From positions 4,220 to 68,219 of the forward strand of contig CANQHQ010000003.1 in the NCBI GenBank assembly GCA_947623825.1: a stretch of 64,000 bases of DNA, written 5' to 3'. Origin of the DNA: an uncultured Bacilli bacterium. Lineage in GTDB: Bacteria; Bacillota_I; Bacilli_A; RF39; UBA660. The notes below the pieces were generated by a model. The model saw nothing but the letters and a program-made list of their open reading frames with translations, did no database searches and was not told the DNA's origin. Below, piece after piece: positions 10,399-18,862 of this stretch. Positions within the stretch are counted from its first letter, which is position 1. Every line of letters starts with the position of its first letter. Both the position numbers and the translations under genes were made by a program.

Positions 10399-11331
10399 CT
10401 ACATACTGGCAATAAAAATTTCGAAGGCGAGTTCGGCATTTCCATTCCCGCTTTTCATATCATAATCTACTTGGGCAAGTTTTTCTAAATATTCTAGTAG
10501 CATCTCCTCTGTATAACCATAGGATGCTTCTCTTGCTAATTTTACTGGATAAGGATGCATTCCTAGTTTGGTGCCGATTTCTTGATCACTCCATCCTTTT
10601 TGAAGGAGAATTTTTGTCTGATAAATTAAGCGAATTTTATTTGCTAATTTGGTTAAAACACTAGAAGACTGTTCTCCATGAAGCAATAAATCCTGATACA
10701 TTTCGAAGGCTTCTTTCTTTTTTCCCGTTAGAATCGCATCTACTAAAGAATAGATATTTTCTTCCCAATTCTTGCGGACGATTTCTTTGATATCATTCGC
10801 GGTAATTTTCTTTTCTTCGACTCGATACAATTTTAATTTCTCTAATTCGTTTAGGACAATACTCGGATTTTGTCCACAATATTCTATTAGGAAGTCGATG
10901 GTTCTCGTATCCATTTCATACCCATCCAATCTCTGTTTGACCATTTCTTTGATTGATTCTTCTTTTTGGATGAGTGTTCCTTTTTCACATAGTTTTGTTA
11001 CAATTTTTTTTCGTTTATCGATTTCTTCTGCGACTAAAATCAAAATGTTTTCAGGACTAGGATGATCGAGATATTTTTCTAATCGTTCTAAGTGATGTGT
11101 GACTTCTTTCAGCGAACTATCTTTCGCTAAAAAAGTGGCGTTCCAACCAAGAATTACTTTCTTAGAGGAAAGAAAATTATAGGTATCTAAGTCCTCAATT
11201 AAACGATCGATAGGTGTTTCTAGTAAATCGTAACTTACTTTTTCGATTTCTTTTTCTTTTGAAAGAATTTGATTAATCTGAAATTCTGTGACTTGCGGAT
11301 CTTTTGAAACAATTAGGTAGACGTTACTCAT
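10399..11331 (-). CDS. holA: DNA polymerase III delta subunit
   Basis: 310 aa. Its size, its position immediately downstream of alaS and its HolA-like N-terminus (MSNVYLIVSKD...) support the call. Domain-level assignment only. Confidence 0.7.
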   Translation of the reverse strand: MSNVYLIVSKDPQVTEFQINQILSKEKEIEKVSYDLLETPIDRLIEDLDTYNFLSSKKVILGWNATFLAKDSSLKEVTHHLERLEKYLDHPSPENILILVAEEIDKRKKIVTKLCEKGTLIQKEESIKEMVKQRLDGYEMDTRTIDFLIEYCGQNPSIVLNELEKLKLYRVEEKKITANDIKEIVRKNWEENIYSLVDAILTGKKKEAFEMYQDLLLHGEQSSSVLTKLANKIRLIYQTKILLQKGWSDQEIGTKLGMHPYPVKLAREASYGYTEEMLLEYLEKLAQVDYDMKSGNGNAELAFEIFIASM

Positions 11332-14008
11332 TGGCTTGTTCCCTTATTTTGGCAAAAATTTCCTCGATGTGAGCCGTCGTTTTTCCTCCTCCTTGTGCAA
11401 AAGTTTTACTTCCTCCTCCATTGCCATCGGATAGTTGACTTGCCATCTTGACGATGCTTCCTGCTTCAATTTGACAGTTACTACGAGCGATAAAATTTAC
11501 ATTTTCATTCTTACAATTGGCGAAAAGGATGAATCCTTTTTCCATTTTATTCAATAAATCATCAATAATATTTTTTAAGACATTGGAATCGGCATCGTTT
11601 AACTTCATTAAAAGAAGTTTTACTCCACCCACTTCTTCGATATTTTTTTCGTACATCGATGTGTCTTTCAAAGCTAGATTTTGTTTTTCTTGTTGATACC
11701 GTTTCTCTAGTTCTTTGACTTCTGTTTGGGTATATTCTAATTCATTTCTTTCCGAAACAAGATCTGCATAACTCATCGGTTCTTTGTTATCAATTTGAAT
11801 ATCAAAGTCTAGTTCGATTCCTTCGCATTTGGCTTTCGAAATGATGTTTCTTGCCTTCATTAAAAGTTTGATTTTTTCGTCATTATATGGTTTGATGACT
11901 TCCATTAGTTTATCTTCAATTTTGTCATTGGTTACTGCTTCGATTCGGTAAACGTTACTTCCCTTTGATTCAACAGAGAAAATCGCAATCCGACGAATTT
12001 CATTCGTGTTATGAATGTGCGTTCCTCCACACAATTCTTTGGAGTCTCCAATCGTCACAACTCTTACTTTTTCTTTATACTTTTCACCGAATAAAGCCAT
12101 TGCGCCCGTTTTCTTTGCTTCTTCCAAATCCATAATCTCTGTCTTGGCATCGATTTTATTCTGTACATAGTCATTTAGGAAATTCTCTACTTCGATGATC
12201 TTGTCGTCTAATAATTTTCCTGTATAAGTGAAATCAAAGCGGAGAGAATCTTCATCGACTCTACTTCCGGCCTGATGAATGGTATCACTCACTAATTTTT
12301 GAAGAGCGTATTGAAGTAAATGGACAGAAGAATGGTTGGCTTCAATTTCATGTCGTTTTTCAATGTCTAGTGTTTCATTGACTGTGTCTCCTACGGATAA
12401 CGTTCCATTTAAAATTTTGACACGATGAAGATTTTGACCATTTGGAGCCTTGATGGAATCTAACACTCTCGCCGTCACATTATGGTTCGTCAACATTCCT
12501 GTATCGCTTACCTGTCCTCCACTTTCGGCATAGAAACAAGTTTTATCTAGGACGACATAGCCTTCTTTTTTTAATTCATCGACTTGTTTTTCTTCTTTGA
12601 ATAGGCCTACGATTTTTCCTTTGGTTGTATACGTATCATATAAGAACTCACTCGTTTCATGAAAGTTTAATAAGGCCTCATTTTGAATATTCATGTTGGC
12701 TTCCTGCTTGCGAGAAGATTTCGCCAAATTCTTTTGTTCTTCCATGTAGTGATCAAATTCTTCTTTCGAAGTCGTGAATCCTTTTTCCTCGAGATATTCC
12801 ATTGTCAACTCGTAAGGAAATCCATACGTATCATATAATTTAAATACTTCTATCGCTGGGATTTCTTTTGTTTCGGCATTTTTCATTAAGTCTAGTAAAC
12901 GACGTTCTCCAGAAGATAACGTTTTATGGAAAAGTTGTTCCTCTTCATAAACGAGTGTTTCTACTTGTCCTTGGGTATCTTTCAATTCTGGATAGGATTC
13001 TTCCATGATTTGTACGACGGTATGGACCAGTTTATACATGAATGGTTCTTCCATTCCTAGTTTCTTTCCCATACGGACACTTCGTCTTAAAAGACGTCTT
13101 AGAACGTATCCTCTTCCGACATTTTCAAAAATTGCCCCGTCGGAAAGCGCTACGGTGATGGCCCGGATATGATCGGCAATAATTTTAAAGGCAGAATCTC
13201 CGTTATAGAGAACGCCACTCAATTCTTCAATTTTTTGGATAATTGGGACAAATAAATCGGTATCGAAATTGGAATCGACATCTTGAAAGATACAAGCCCA
13301 ACGTTCTAGCCCTGCCCCTGTATCGATATTTTTACTTGGTAATTCTTTATATTCTTCGCGAGGAACTCCTTCTTTGGAATTGAATTGACTAAATACATTA
13401 TTCCAGATTTCAACATAACGATCTTGGTCTTCGTCGTTACGGAATTTTTCTAGTGCGTCTTTCTTTGGATCGTACTTTTCTCCTCGATCATAGAAAATTT
13501 CTGAATCCGGTCCGCAAGGTCCTTCTCCAATTTCCCAGAAGTTTCCCTCTAATTTCGCTATATGGTCTGGCGTTACTCCTAAACTTAACCATTTCTCGTA
13601 AGCATCTCTATCATTTTTATAGACCGTAAAATAAAGTTTTTCTTTCGGAATCGCAAACCAGTCTGGACTCGTTAGTAATTCGAAAGCATACTCGATGGCT
13701 TCTTCTTTGAAATAGTCTCCAATCGAAAAATTTCCCATCATTTCAAAAAAGGTTTGATGTCTTGCGGTCATTCCTACGTTTTCAATATCGTTCGTACGAA
13801 TGCATTTTTGAATATTGACAATTCGACGATTTTCAGGCACTTCTCTTCCATCAAAATATTTTTTTAATGGGGCTACTCCTGCATTAATCCATAATAAACT
13901 TTTATCATCCTGAGGAATTAAAGGAGCACTCTTCATTTTCTTGTGTCCTTTTTGTTCAAAGAATTGATACCACATATTTCTAATTTCTGTTGATGTCATC
14001 TTTTTCAT
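11324..14008 (-). CDS. alaS: Alanine--tRNA ligase
   Basis: 894 aa. Begins MKKMTSTEIRNMWYQFFEQKGHKKMKSAPLIPQDDKSLLWINAGVAPLKKYF, the canonical AlaRS N-terminus. Has the C-terminal DHHA1-type tail with GGGK. Confidence 0.95.
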   Translation of the reverse strand: MKKMTSTEIRNMWYQFFEQKGHKKMKSAPLIPQDDKSLLWINAGVAPLKKYFDGREVPENRRIVNIQKCIRTNDIENVGMTARHQTFFEMMGNFSIGDYFKEEAIEYAFELLTSPDWFAIPKEKLYFTVYKNDRDAYEKWLSLGVTPDHIAKLEGNFWEIGEGPCGPDSEIFYDRGEKYDPKKDALEKFRNDEDQDRYVEIWNNVFSQFNSKEGVPREEYKELPSKNIDTGAGLERWACIFQDVDSNFDTDLFVPIIQKIEELSGVLYNGDSAFKIIADHIRAITVALSDGAIFENVGRGYVLRRLLRRSVRMGKKLGMEEPFMYKLVHTVVQIMEESYPELKDTQGQVETLVYEEEQLFHKTLSSGERRLLDLMKNAETKEIPAIEVFKLYDTYGFPYELTMEYLEEKGFTTSKEEFDHYMEEQKNLAKSSRKQEANMNIQNEALLNFHETSEFLYDTYTTKGKIVGLFKEEKQVDELKKEGYVVLDKTCFYAESGGQVSDTGMLTNHNVTARVLDSIKAPNGQNLHRVKILNGTLSVGDTVNETLDIEKRHEIEANHSSVHLLQYALQKLVSDTIHQAGSRVDEDSLRFDFTYTGKLLDDKIIEVENFLNDYVQNKIDAKTEIMDLEEAKKTGAMALFGEKYKEKVRVVTIGDSKELCGGTHIHNTNEIRRIAIFSVESKGSNVYRIEAVTNDKIEDKLMEVIKPYNDEKIKLLMKARNIISKAKCEGIELDFDIQIDNKEPMSYADLVSERNELEYTQTEVKELEKRYQQEKQNLALKDTSMYEKNIEEVGGVKLLLMKLNDADSNVLKNIIDDLLNKMEKGFILFANCKNENVNFIARSNCQIEAGSIVKMASQLSDGNGGGSKTFAQGGGKTTAHIEEIFAKIREQANE

Positions 14009-14543
14009 TGTTCTCTACCTCACTTACTATTCTCTTTACTTCTTTCTTTAGCCCTTCTAAACTTTCATTGATTACTTCATAATCAAAATTTTTATAGTCC
14101 GCTAAAGCCACTTCCGTATAATGCACTTGTTCCTCTTGGGATAAGGAACTTTCGTATTCTTTTCTGATGATATTGATACTGATACTTCCTGGAAATCGTT
14201 CTTTCAATGTCTCAATTTCTAAAGGAAGACGCACATCCGTCACCAAAAATACATCGTAATACTTTTCTAGAATATGGATATTTTCCGTCAATCGATCGAT
14301 GAAATAATAAGGCATACCCAATTCTTGACGAATCAATTCTGTTCCCATTTTTTGAAGTTTTTCGCGCGGTTTGGTTTCTTCGGAACCATCCCAACCAAAG
14401 TAATCTTTTAGTAACCATTTTAAAGGGCGCATCAATTGAATAAAACAAACTCTTTTTCCAAGAATCTCATATTCTTGTTGCATCATTTGACTCATCGTAT
14501 CTTTTCCATTGCGTGCTCTTCCACTGATTAGATATAACCTCAT
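13980..14543 (-). CDS. P-loop NTPase, nucleotide/deoxynucleotide-monophosphate-kinase-like small protein. First gene of the T-box-controlled alaS operon.
   Basis: 187 aa. Walker A-like ISGRARNGKDT near the N-terminus. Strong Shine-Dalgarno AAAGGAGGAG. Its 3' end overlaps the alaS start by 29 nt, so the two are co-transcribed. Confidence 0.4.
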   Translation of the reverse strand: MRLYLISGRARNGKDTMSQMMQQEYEILGKRVCFIQLMRPLKWLLKDYFGWDGSEETKPREKLQKMGTELIRQELGMPYYFIDRLTENIHILEKYYDVFLVTDVRLPLEIETLKERFPGSISINIIRKEYESSLSQEEQVHYTEVALADYKNFDYEVINESLEGLKKEVKRIVSEVENNEKDDINRN

Positions 14544-14775
14544 ATTTCTCCTCCTTTTTGGTAAATTAAAAGACCTAAACAGGAGCGAACAGGTCGCGGT
14601 ACCATCCTCATTAGATCTCTTTTTTGATAACGGAATTTTTTCTTCCGGAATTTCTTCACTCCAAAGTAGCTTCCCATACTCTTTTTATCAAGTTCCACCT
14701 ACCCTTGACTCTCTAGTAAAAAGGTCGTATCGTACTCATCTTCTTCAACGTTTTCTCTTGCTTTCCTAAGCAACT
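14544..14775 (-). promoter_or_regulatory. T-box riboswitch leader (presumed Ala specificity) with upstream sigma-A-like promoter
   Basis: On the minus strand the T-box consensus AGGATGGTACCGCG sits at plus 14595..14609. It is followed by a GACCU...AGGUC hairpin and UUUUAAUUU (terminator/antiterminator switch). The promoter is TTGCAT, a 17-nt spacer, then TATAAT at about 14815..14780. The leader is about 230 nt. Confidence 0.7.
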
Positions 14776-14851
14776 TCATTATACCAAAGATAGAAAAGAT
14801 ATGCAATAAAATTGTTTCTTTTTCAAGACTTTTTTCCTTTCTCTTTTAAAT

Positions 14852-14884
14852 AAGAAAAAATCCAAGAAGTTTTCCTCTTGGATT
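14852..14884 (-). terminator. Rho-independent terminator of the surface-protein gene
   Basis: Minus strand: AATCCAAGAGGAAAACTTCTTGGATT (9-bp stem) followed by TTTTTCTTATTT, immediately after the stop at 14887. Confidence 0.6.
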
Positions 14885-14886
14885 TC

Positions 14887-17800
14887 TTATTCATCATAAT
14901 TAGGAATGATGGTTGCTTTGAACCCATAATAGTCGCTACCACTACTATCTGTATGAAACAAGATTTTAAGATAATTTCCAGGGATAAGAATCGTTTCTGT
15001 TGTCTTGGTACTTCCTCCATACTTTCCATACTGTTTCTCATTAGAATCATATAGATAAATATAATCCCAACTTGGGCCTTCTGTTTGATACTCCAATATA
15101 ACTGTTAAAGAAGTCGCATTGTCAAAAGTATGTTCATATTCTTCGTTCAGATCACTATCATATGGATTATGTTTAGACTCCATGATAGTTCCCTCAACCA
15201 CTGTTACATTCGTAATGATGACATCTTCATTCGGCATAACAAAGGTATTTCCTTTCATTTTCGTTCCATTCATGTCAAACGAAGTAACTACACAATTATC
15301 TTGAGTTGATGTTAATGTAATTTTGGTAGTTATAATTCCACCAGATGGAGTCGCAATAATATCTTCTCTATCTTGAATCGTTACCGAATGTTCCACACAC
15401 GGACCGCTTGCTTTTACTACATTCGATTTTTCAGATCGGGTTGCAATCATTTGATCTACTAACGCTTCCGATTCAGTTGTATAATTGACTGTGATTTGAG
15501 CATTATTTTGGGTAGCAGCGCTAGAAAACATATAATCATAACTAGTCACCGAATTATTTAAAATACTGATTGTTGTGGTTAAAGTACTACAACCAGAAAA
15601 CATGGAACTCATATCCGTTACTTTACTTGTGTCCCAACCACTTATATCTAAACTGGTTAAGGATTTACATCCATAAAACATACGACTCATATTGGTTACT
15701 TGTTCGACGTTCCATCCACTTAGATTACCCACATTAGTTAAAGCGTGACAGTTAAAAAACATCTCATTCATATCCGTTACTTTACTTGTGTCCCAACCGT
15801 TTAAATTCCCAATACTGGTTAAGGAATAACAATTAGAAAATATGTAATGCATGTCGGTTACTTGACTCGTGTTCCAGCTGCTTAAATCTAAACTGATTAA
15901 GCGTTGGCACCAGTAAAACATGTAATGCATATCCGTTACTTTACTGGTATCCCAACCACTTATATCTCCGACACTAGTTAAGTCATAACACCCCTCAAAC
16001 ATGTTGCACATATTCGTTACCTGACCGGTGTTCCATTTACCTAAGTTTAAACTAGTTAAACTTAAACAATTATGAAACATCTGACTCATATTAGTTACTT
16101 GACTTGTGTCCCAGTCACTTATATCTCCCATATTGATTAAATCTTGACAACTAGAAAACATACTCCTCATACTAGTTACTTGATTTGTGTGCCAGTTACT
16201 CAAATCCTCTAAACTAGTTAACCGAATACAATCTTTAAACATATAACTCATATCAGTTACATGACTCGTGTCCCAGTTTTTTAAACCTTCTAAACTAGTT
16301 AATTGACTACAACCATTAAACATACTAGCCATATCGGTTACTTGACTTGTGTCCCAGCCACTTAAATCTAAACTGGTTAAAGCTTTACAACCAGAAAATA
16401 CCTGACTCATATTGGTTACTCGACCCGTGCTCCAGCCACTTAAATCTAAACTGGTTAAAACTTTACAATTATCAAACATCCCACTCATATTGGTTACTTG
16501 ACTCGTGTCCCAGTCACTTAAGCCCTCTAAACTGGTTAAGACGTAACAATTATAAAACACCATACTCATATTGCCTACATGACCTGTGTCCCAGCCACTT
16601 AAATCTAAACTGATTAGGGAAGTGCAATAGTAAAACATCTGCCTCATACTAGTTATCAGGCTTATGTCCCAGCCACTTAAATCTAAACTGATTAGGGAAC
16701 TACAATAGTAAAACATCTGCATCATATTCTTTAGTTGACTAGTATTCCAATCACTTAAACCCTCCAAACTAGTTAAGGTGCTACAATTATAAAACATACA
16801 ATCCATATTGGCTACTTGACTGGTGTCCCAGCCATTTAAATCTAAAGTGGTTAAGGAATAACAATTATAAAACATCTCATACATATTGGTTACTTTTCTT
16901 GTATCCCAGCTACTTAAATCCAAACCTGTTAAAGCTCTACAACGAGAAAACATTTCACTCATATCGGATACTTGGCTCGTATCTAATAATTCTAAATCTT
17001 CTATCGCCTTTAATTTTGAAAAGGAAGAAAAATAATCGCCACCAAATAAGTAAGAACTATCTGAATTCGCAATGACTCTCCCTTCCAAGCCTTGAATATA
17101 GGCAGTATAAGTCGAAGAATCATCAGAATTCGGTACCAATAATCCTCGTACGGATCCATCTTTAGCTTCTGAAATATCCCATGTAAGTTCATCAGTAGCA
17201 CCTTCTTTTAATGTCTGTTCCCCTTCAATTACTATCTTTGTAATAGATTCTTTATATTGCCATAGTTCTCCATTATAACTACTAGAATCTATTTCTTGAA
17301 GAACTGGATCTTTTTGGACGTAAACCTCTCCTTCCACCGACTTCGATAATCCCATTCTTCCCCATTCTGCTCGTAATGTTACATCCTTCTCAGGCATTGT
17401 AAAGTAGTCATCATTCAGTTTCTTCACTCCTCCTGTAACAATCTTCCATCCTTTGAATTGATATCCTTGGCAGGTAGGGGTCTCACTACTTTTCTCTACC
17501 GTTTCAAAGACTCGGTAACTAGATTTCTCCGGTACCCCACTCACACTACATCCACTTGGGGCATTTCCATCATAAGTAACATTATAATGACTTGCTAAAA
17601 TAGGAGTTTCTTTGGTCGTAACATCTTCTCTATCTTCTTCTATTTGAGAAACCACTTCACTACTCTTGTTAGTCAGGTAAAGTCCTCCTTCTTCAAGATA
17701 TGCTTCCTTTAAATCAATATCAATTGTTAAGGTAGCACTTCTTCCTGCACCTAACCCACTTAAATCCCATGTGACTTTTGATACTCCATTATCATCTTCT

Positions 17801-18714
17801 AATTTTACTTTTCCAATAGAAGACTGAATATTCGAAACATTCTTTAAATCAAAATATTCATTATTAATCCAATCCGTTAATATAAAGTTCTCATAAGGAG
17901 TTGGCACAACCGAAGCATCAAACAAAATATTATTCAACGTAGTCATATCAGCGATGAACTGACTATCACTAATTTCTTTGATGGGATCTAGAATTTCTTC
18001 TCCCATTTCATACTGAACTCCATGAATGTTTAACCATGGATATTCACTCTTTAAATATTTGTATTCTCCTATTTGATTCGGAATATCTTCATTCGGGTAT
18101 CCATCCGTTAAAAATAAAACAACGCATTCTGTATCTTTCTCCTTGGAATAGTTTTTCAAAATCTCATCCACATGGACAAGTGGTTGATAATAATTCGTAC
18201 TACCTTGATCAGAAAGAGAAGAAATTTTCTCTGTTAAACTACTCTTATCATTAGTAAAACCAGATACCAATTCTGACCCTGTATCAAATGTAATCAATGC
18301 TGCTTGATTGTTAGGATTAGATAATAATGTATTCAATAAACTGATGGAATCTTCTTTGACTCGGTCTAATTTTTCTCCTGCCATAGAACCTGAAATATCA
18401 AGGACTAAAATGACATCCGTATTTGGATTTCCCGTCCTTAAAACTGTATCTACTTGGAAAGTAATTCTCGCTTTTCCCAATCCAATCCATTCGGCACTCT
18501 TCTCTATCTTCCAACTCCCTGAATTCTTCTTTTCATAACTTAACGTTTTTGAAAAAAAAGAAATCTTGGGAACTGGTTCATTTAAGGCATATGAGTTCAT
18601 CAAAAGCCCTATTCCAATCATAAAAAAGCCTAGTAGTCCAAGAGATACAAACTTTAAATTCTTATGAATCTTTAAAAACAACCAGTTCATAAATTTTCCT
18701 CCATCAAAAAACAA
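14887..18714 (-). CDS. Large surface protein. N-terminal signal/anchor, von Willebrand factor A domain, Listeria-Bacteroides repeat, about 19 tandem DUF285-type repeats, and a C-terminal beta-rich domain.
   Basis: 1275 aa. Begins with the hydrophobic MNWLFLKIHKNLKFVSLGLLGFFMIGIGLL. The VWA MIDAS motif is DVILVLDISGSMAG. YNVTYDGNAPSG...GYQFKGWK...TLRAEWG is a Listeria-Bacteroides repeat (PF09479). A long array of 25-aa units follows, of the form LSxWDTSxVTxMxxMFxxCxxLTSLD, which matches DUF285 (PF03382). A GGAGG Shine-Dalgarno sits 8 nt upstream. Confidence 0.8.
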   Translation of the reverse strand: MFFDGGKFMNWLFLKIHKNLKFVSLGLLGFFMIGIGLLMNSYALNEPVPKISFFSKTLSYEKKNSGSWKIEKSAEWIGLGKARITFQVDTVLRTGNPNTDVILVLDISGSMAGEKLDRVKEDSISLLNTLLSNPNNQAALITFDTGSELVSGFTNDKSSLTEKISSLSDQGSTNYYQPLVHVDEILKNYSKEKDTECVVLFLTDGYPNEDIPNQIGEYKYLKSEYPWLNIHGVQYEMGEEILDPIKEISDSQFIADMTTLNNILFDASVVPTPYENFILTDWINNEYFDLKNVSNIQSSIGKVKLEDDNGVSKVTWDLSGLGAGRSATLTIDIDLKEAYLEEGGLYLTNKSSEVVSQIEEDREDVTTKETPILASHYNVTYDGNAPSGCSVSGVPEKSSYRVFETVEKSSETPTCQGYQFKGWKIVTGGVKKLNDDYFTMPEKDVTLRAEWGRMGLSKSVEGEVYVQKDPVLQEIDSSSYNGELWQYKESITKIVIEGEQTLKEGATDELTWDISEAKDGSVRGLLVPNSDDSSTYTAYIQGLEGRVIANSDSSYLFGGDYFSSFSKLKAIEDLELLDTSQVSDMSEMFSRCRALTGLDLSSWDTRKVTNMYEMFYNCYSLTTLDLNGWDTSQVANMDCMFYNCSTLTSLEGLSDWNTSQLKNMMQMFYYCSSLISLDLSGWDISLITSMRQMFYYCTSLISLDLSGWDTGHVGNMSMVFYNCYVLTSLEGLSDWDTSQVTNMSGMFDNCKVLTSLDLSGWSTGRVTNMSQVFSGCKALTSLDLSGWDTSQVTDMASMFNGCSQLTSLEGLKNWDTSHVTDMSYMFKDCIRLTSLEDLSNWHTNQVTSMRSMFSSCQDLINMGDISDWDTSQVTNMSQMFHNCLSLTSLNLGKWNTGQVTNMCNMFEGCYDLTSVGDISGWDTSKVTDMHYMFYWCQRLISLDLSSWNTSQVTDMHYIFSNCYSLTSIGNLNGWDTSKVTDMNEMFFNCHALTNVGNLSGWNVEQVTNMSRMFYGCKSLTSLDISGWDTSKVTDMSSMFSGCSTLTTTISILNNSVTSYDYMFSSAATQNNAQITVNYTTESEALVDQMIATRSEKSNVVKASGPCVEHSVTIQDREDIIATPSGGIITTKITLTSTQDNCVVTSFDMNGTKMKGNTFVMPNEDVIITNVTVVEGTIMESKHNPYDSDLNEEYEHTFDNATSLTVILEYQTEGPSWDYIYLYDSNEKQYGKYGGSTKTTETILIPGNYLKILFHTDSSGSDYYGFKATIIPNYDE
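15540..16990. repeat. Intragenic tandem repeat array with a period of about 75 bp, about 19 copies, encoding the DUF285 units
   Basis: A 75-nt periodicity is visible in the DNA. The recurring core is gttacttgactcgtgtcccagccacttaaatctaaactggttaa, with copy-to-copy divergence. Confidence 0.7.
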
Positions 18715-18804
18715 GGAATCTTATTTTTTTACTAAAAAAGAAAAAGGAACACGTATTACAAAATATTTTAGGGATTGTATTTGTGGTTCCTATCTTATCT
18801 CTAT

Positions 18805-18845
18805 TCTTAGTATACCCCCCCCCCACCTTGAAAAGTCAATAAAAA
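18805..18845 (-). promoter_or_regulatory. Promoter of the surface-protein gene with a homopolymeric G10 tract in the -35/-10 spacer (candidate phase-variation switch)
   Basis: Minus strand reads aTTGACTtttcaaggtGGGGGGGGGGTATACTaag. The -35 TTGACT is at plus 18839..18834. The -10 TATACT is at plus 18814..18809. The spacer is 19 nt and includes 10 consecutive G (plus C-run 18815..18824). With 8 G the spacer would be the optimal 17 nt. The Shine-Dalgarno/ATG lies about 90 nt downstream. Confidence 0.55.
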
Positions 18846-18862
18846 AGAGGCAACTGCCTCTA
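18841..18862 (-). terminator. Rho-independent terminator of the AI-2E transporter gene
   Basis: Minus strand: GAGGC AGTT GCCTC then TTTTTTATT, directly after the TAG stop. The T-run abuts the -35 of the downstream promoter. Confidence 0.5.

Noticed and set aside
14212-14448. Short internal or antisense ORFs (e.g. 14212..14448, 21505..21702, 24108..24608, 53101..53355)
   Set aside because: They are nested within, or antisense to, strongly supported genes, and lack Shine-Dalgarno sequences.
16347-16613. Plus-strand 88-aa ORF with an internal repeat (HLNLNWLKLYN...) inside the surface-protein gene
   Set aside because: It is the antisense reading of the DUF285 75-bp DNA repeats. Its repetitiveness mirrors the sense-strand repeats, so it is not an independent gene.
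18815-18824. C10 run as a possible sequencing or assembly artefact
   Set aside because: Homopolymers can be miscalled. I kept it as a finding because its placement exactly in a -35/-10 spacer is what makes it biologically meaningful, not its length. I flagged that read-level verification is needed.
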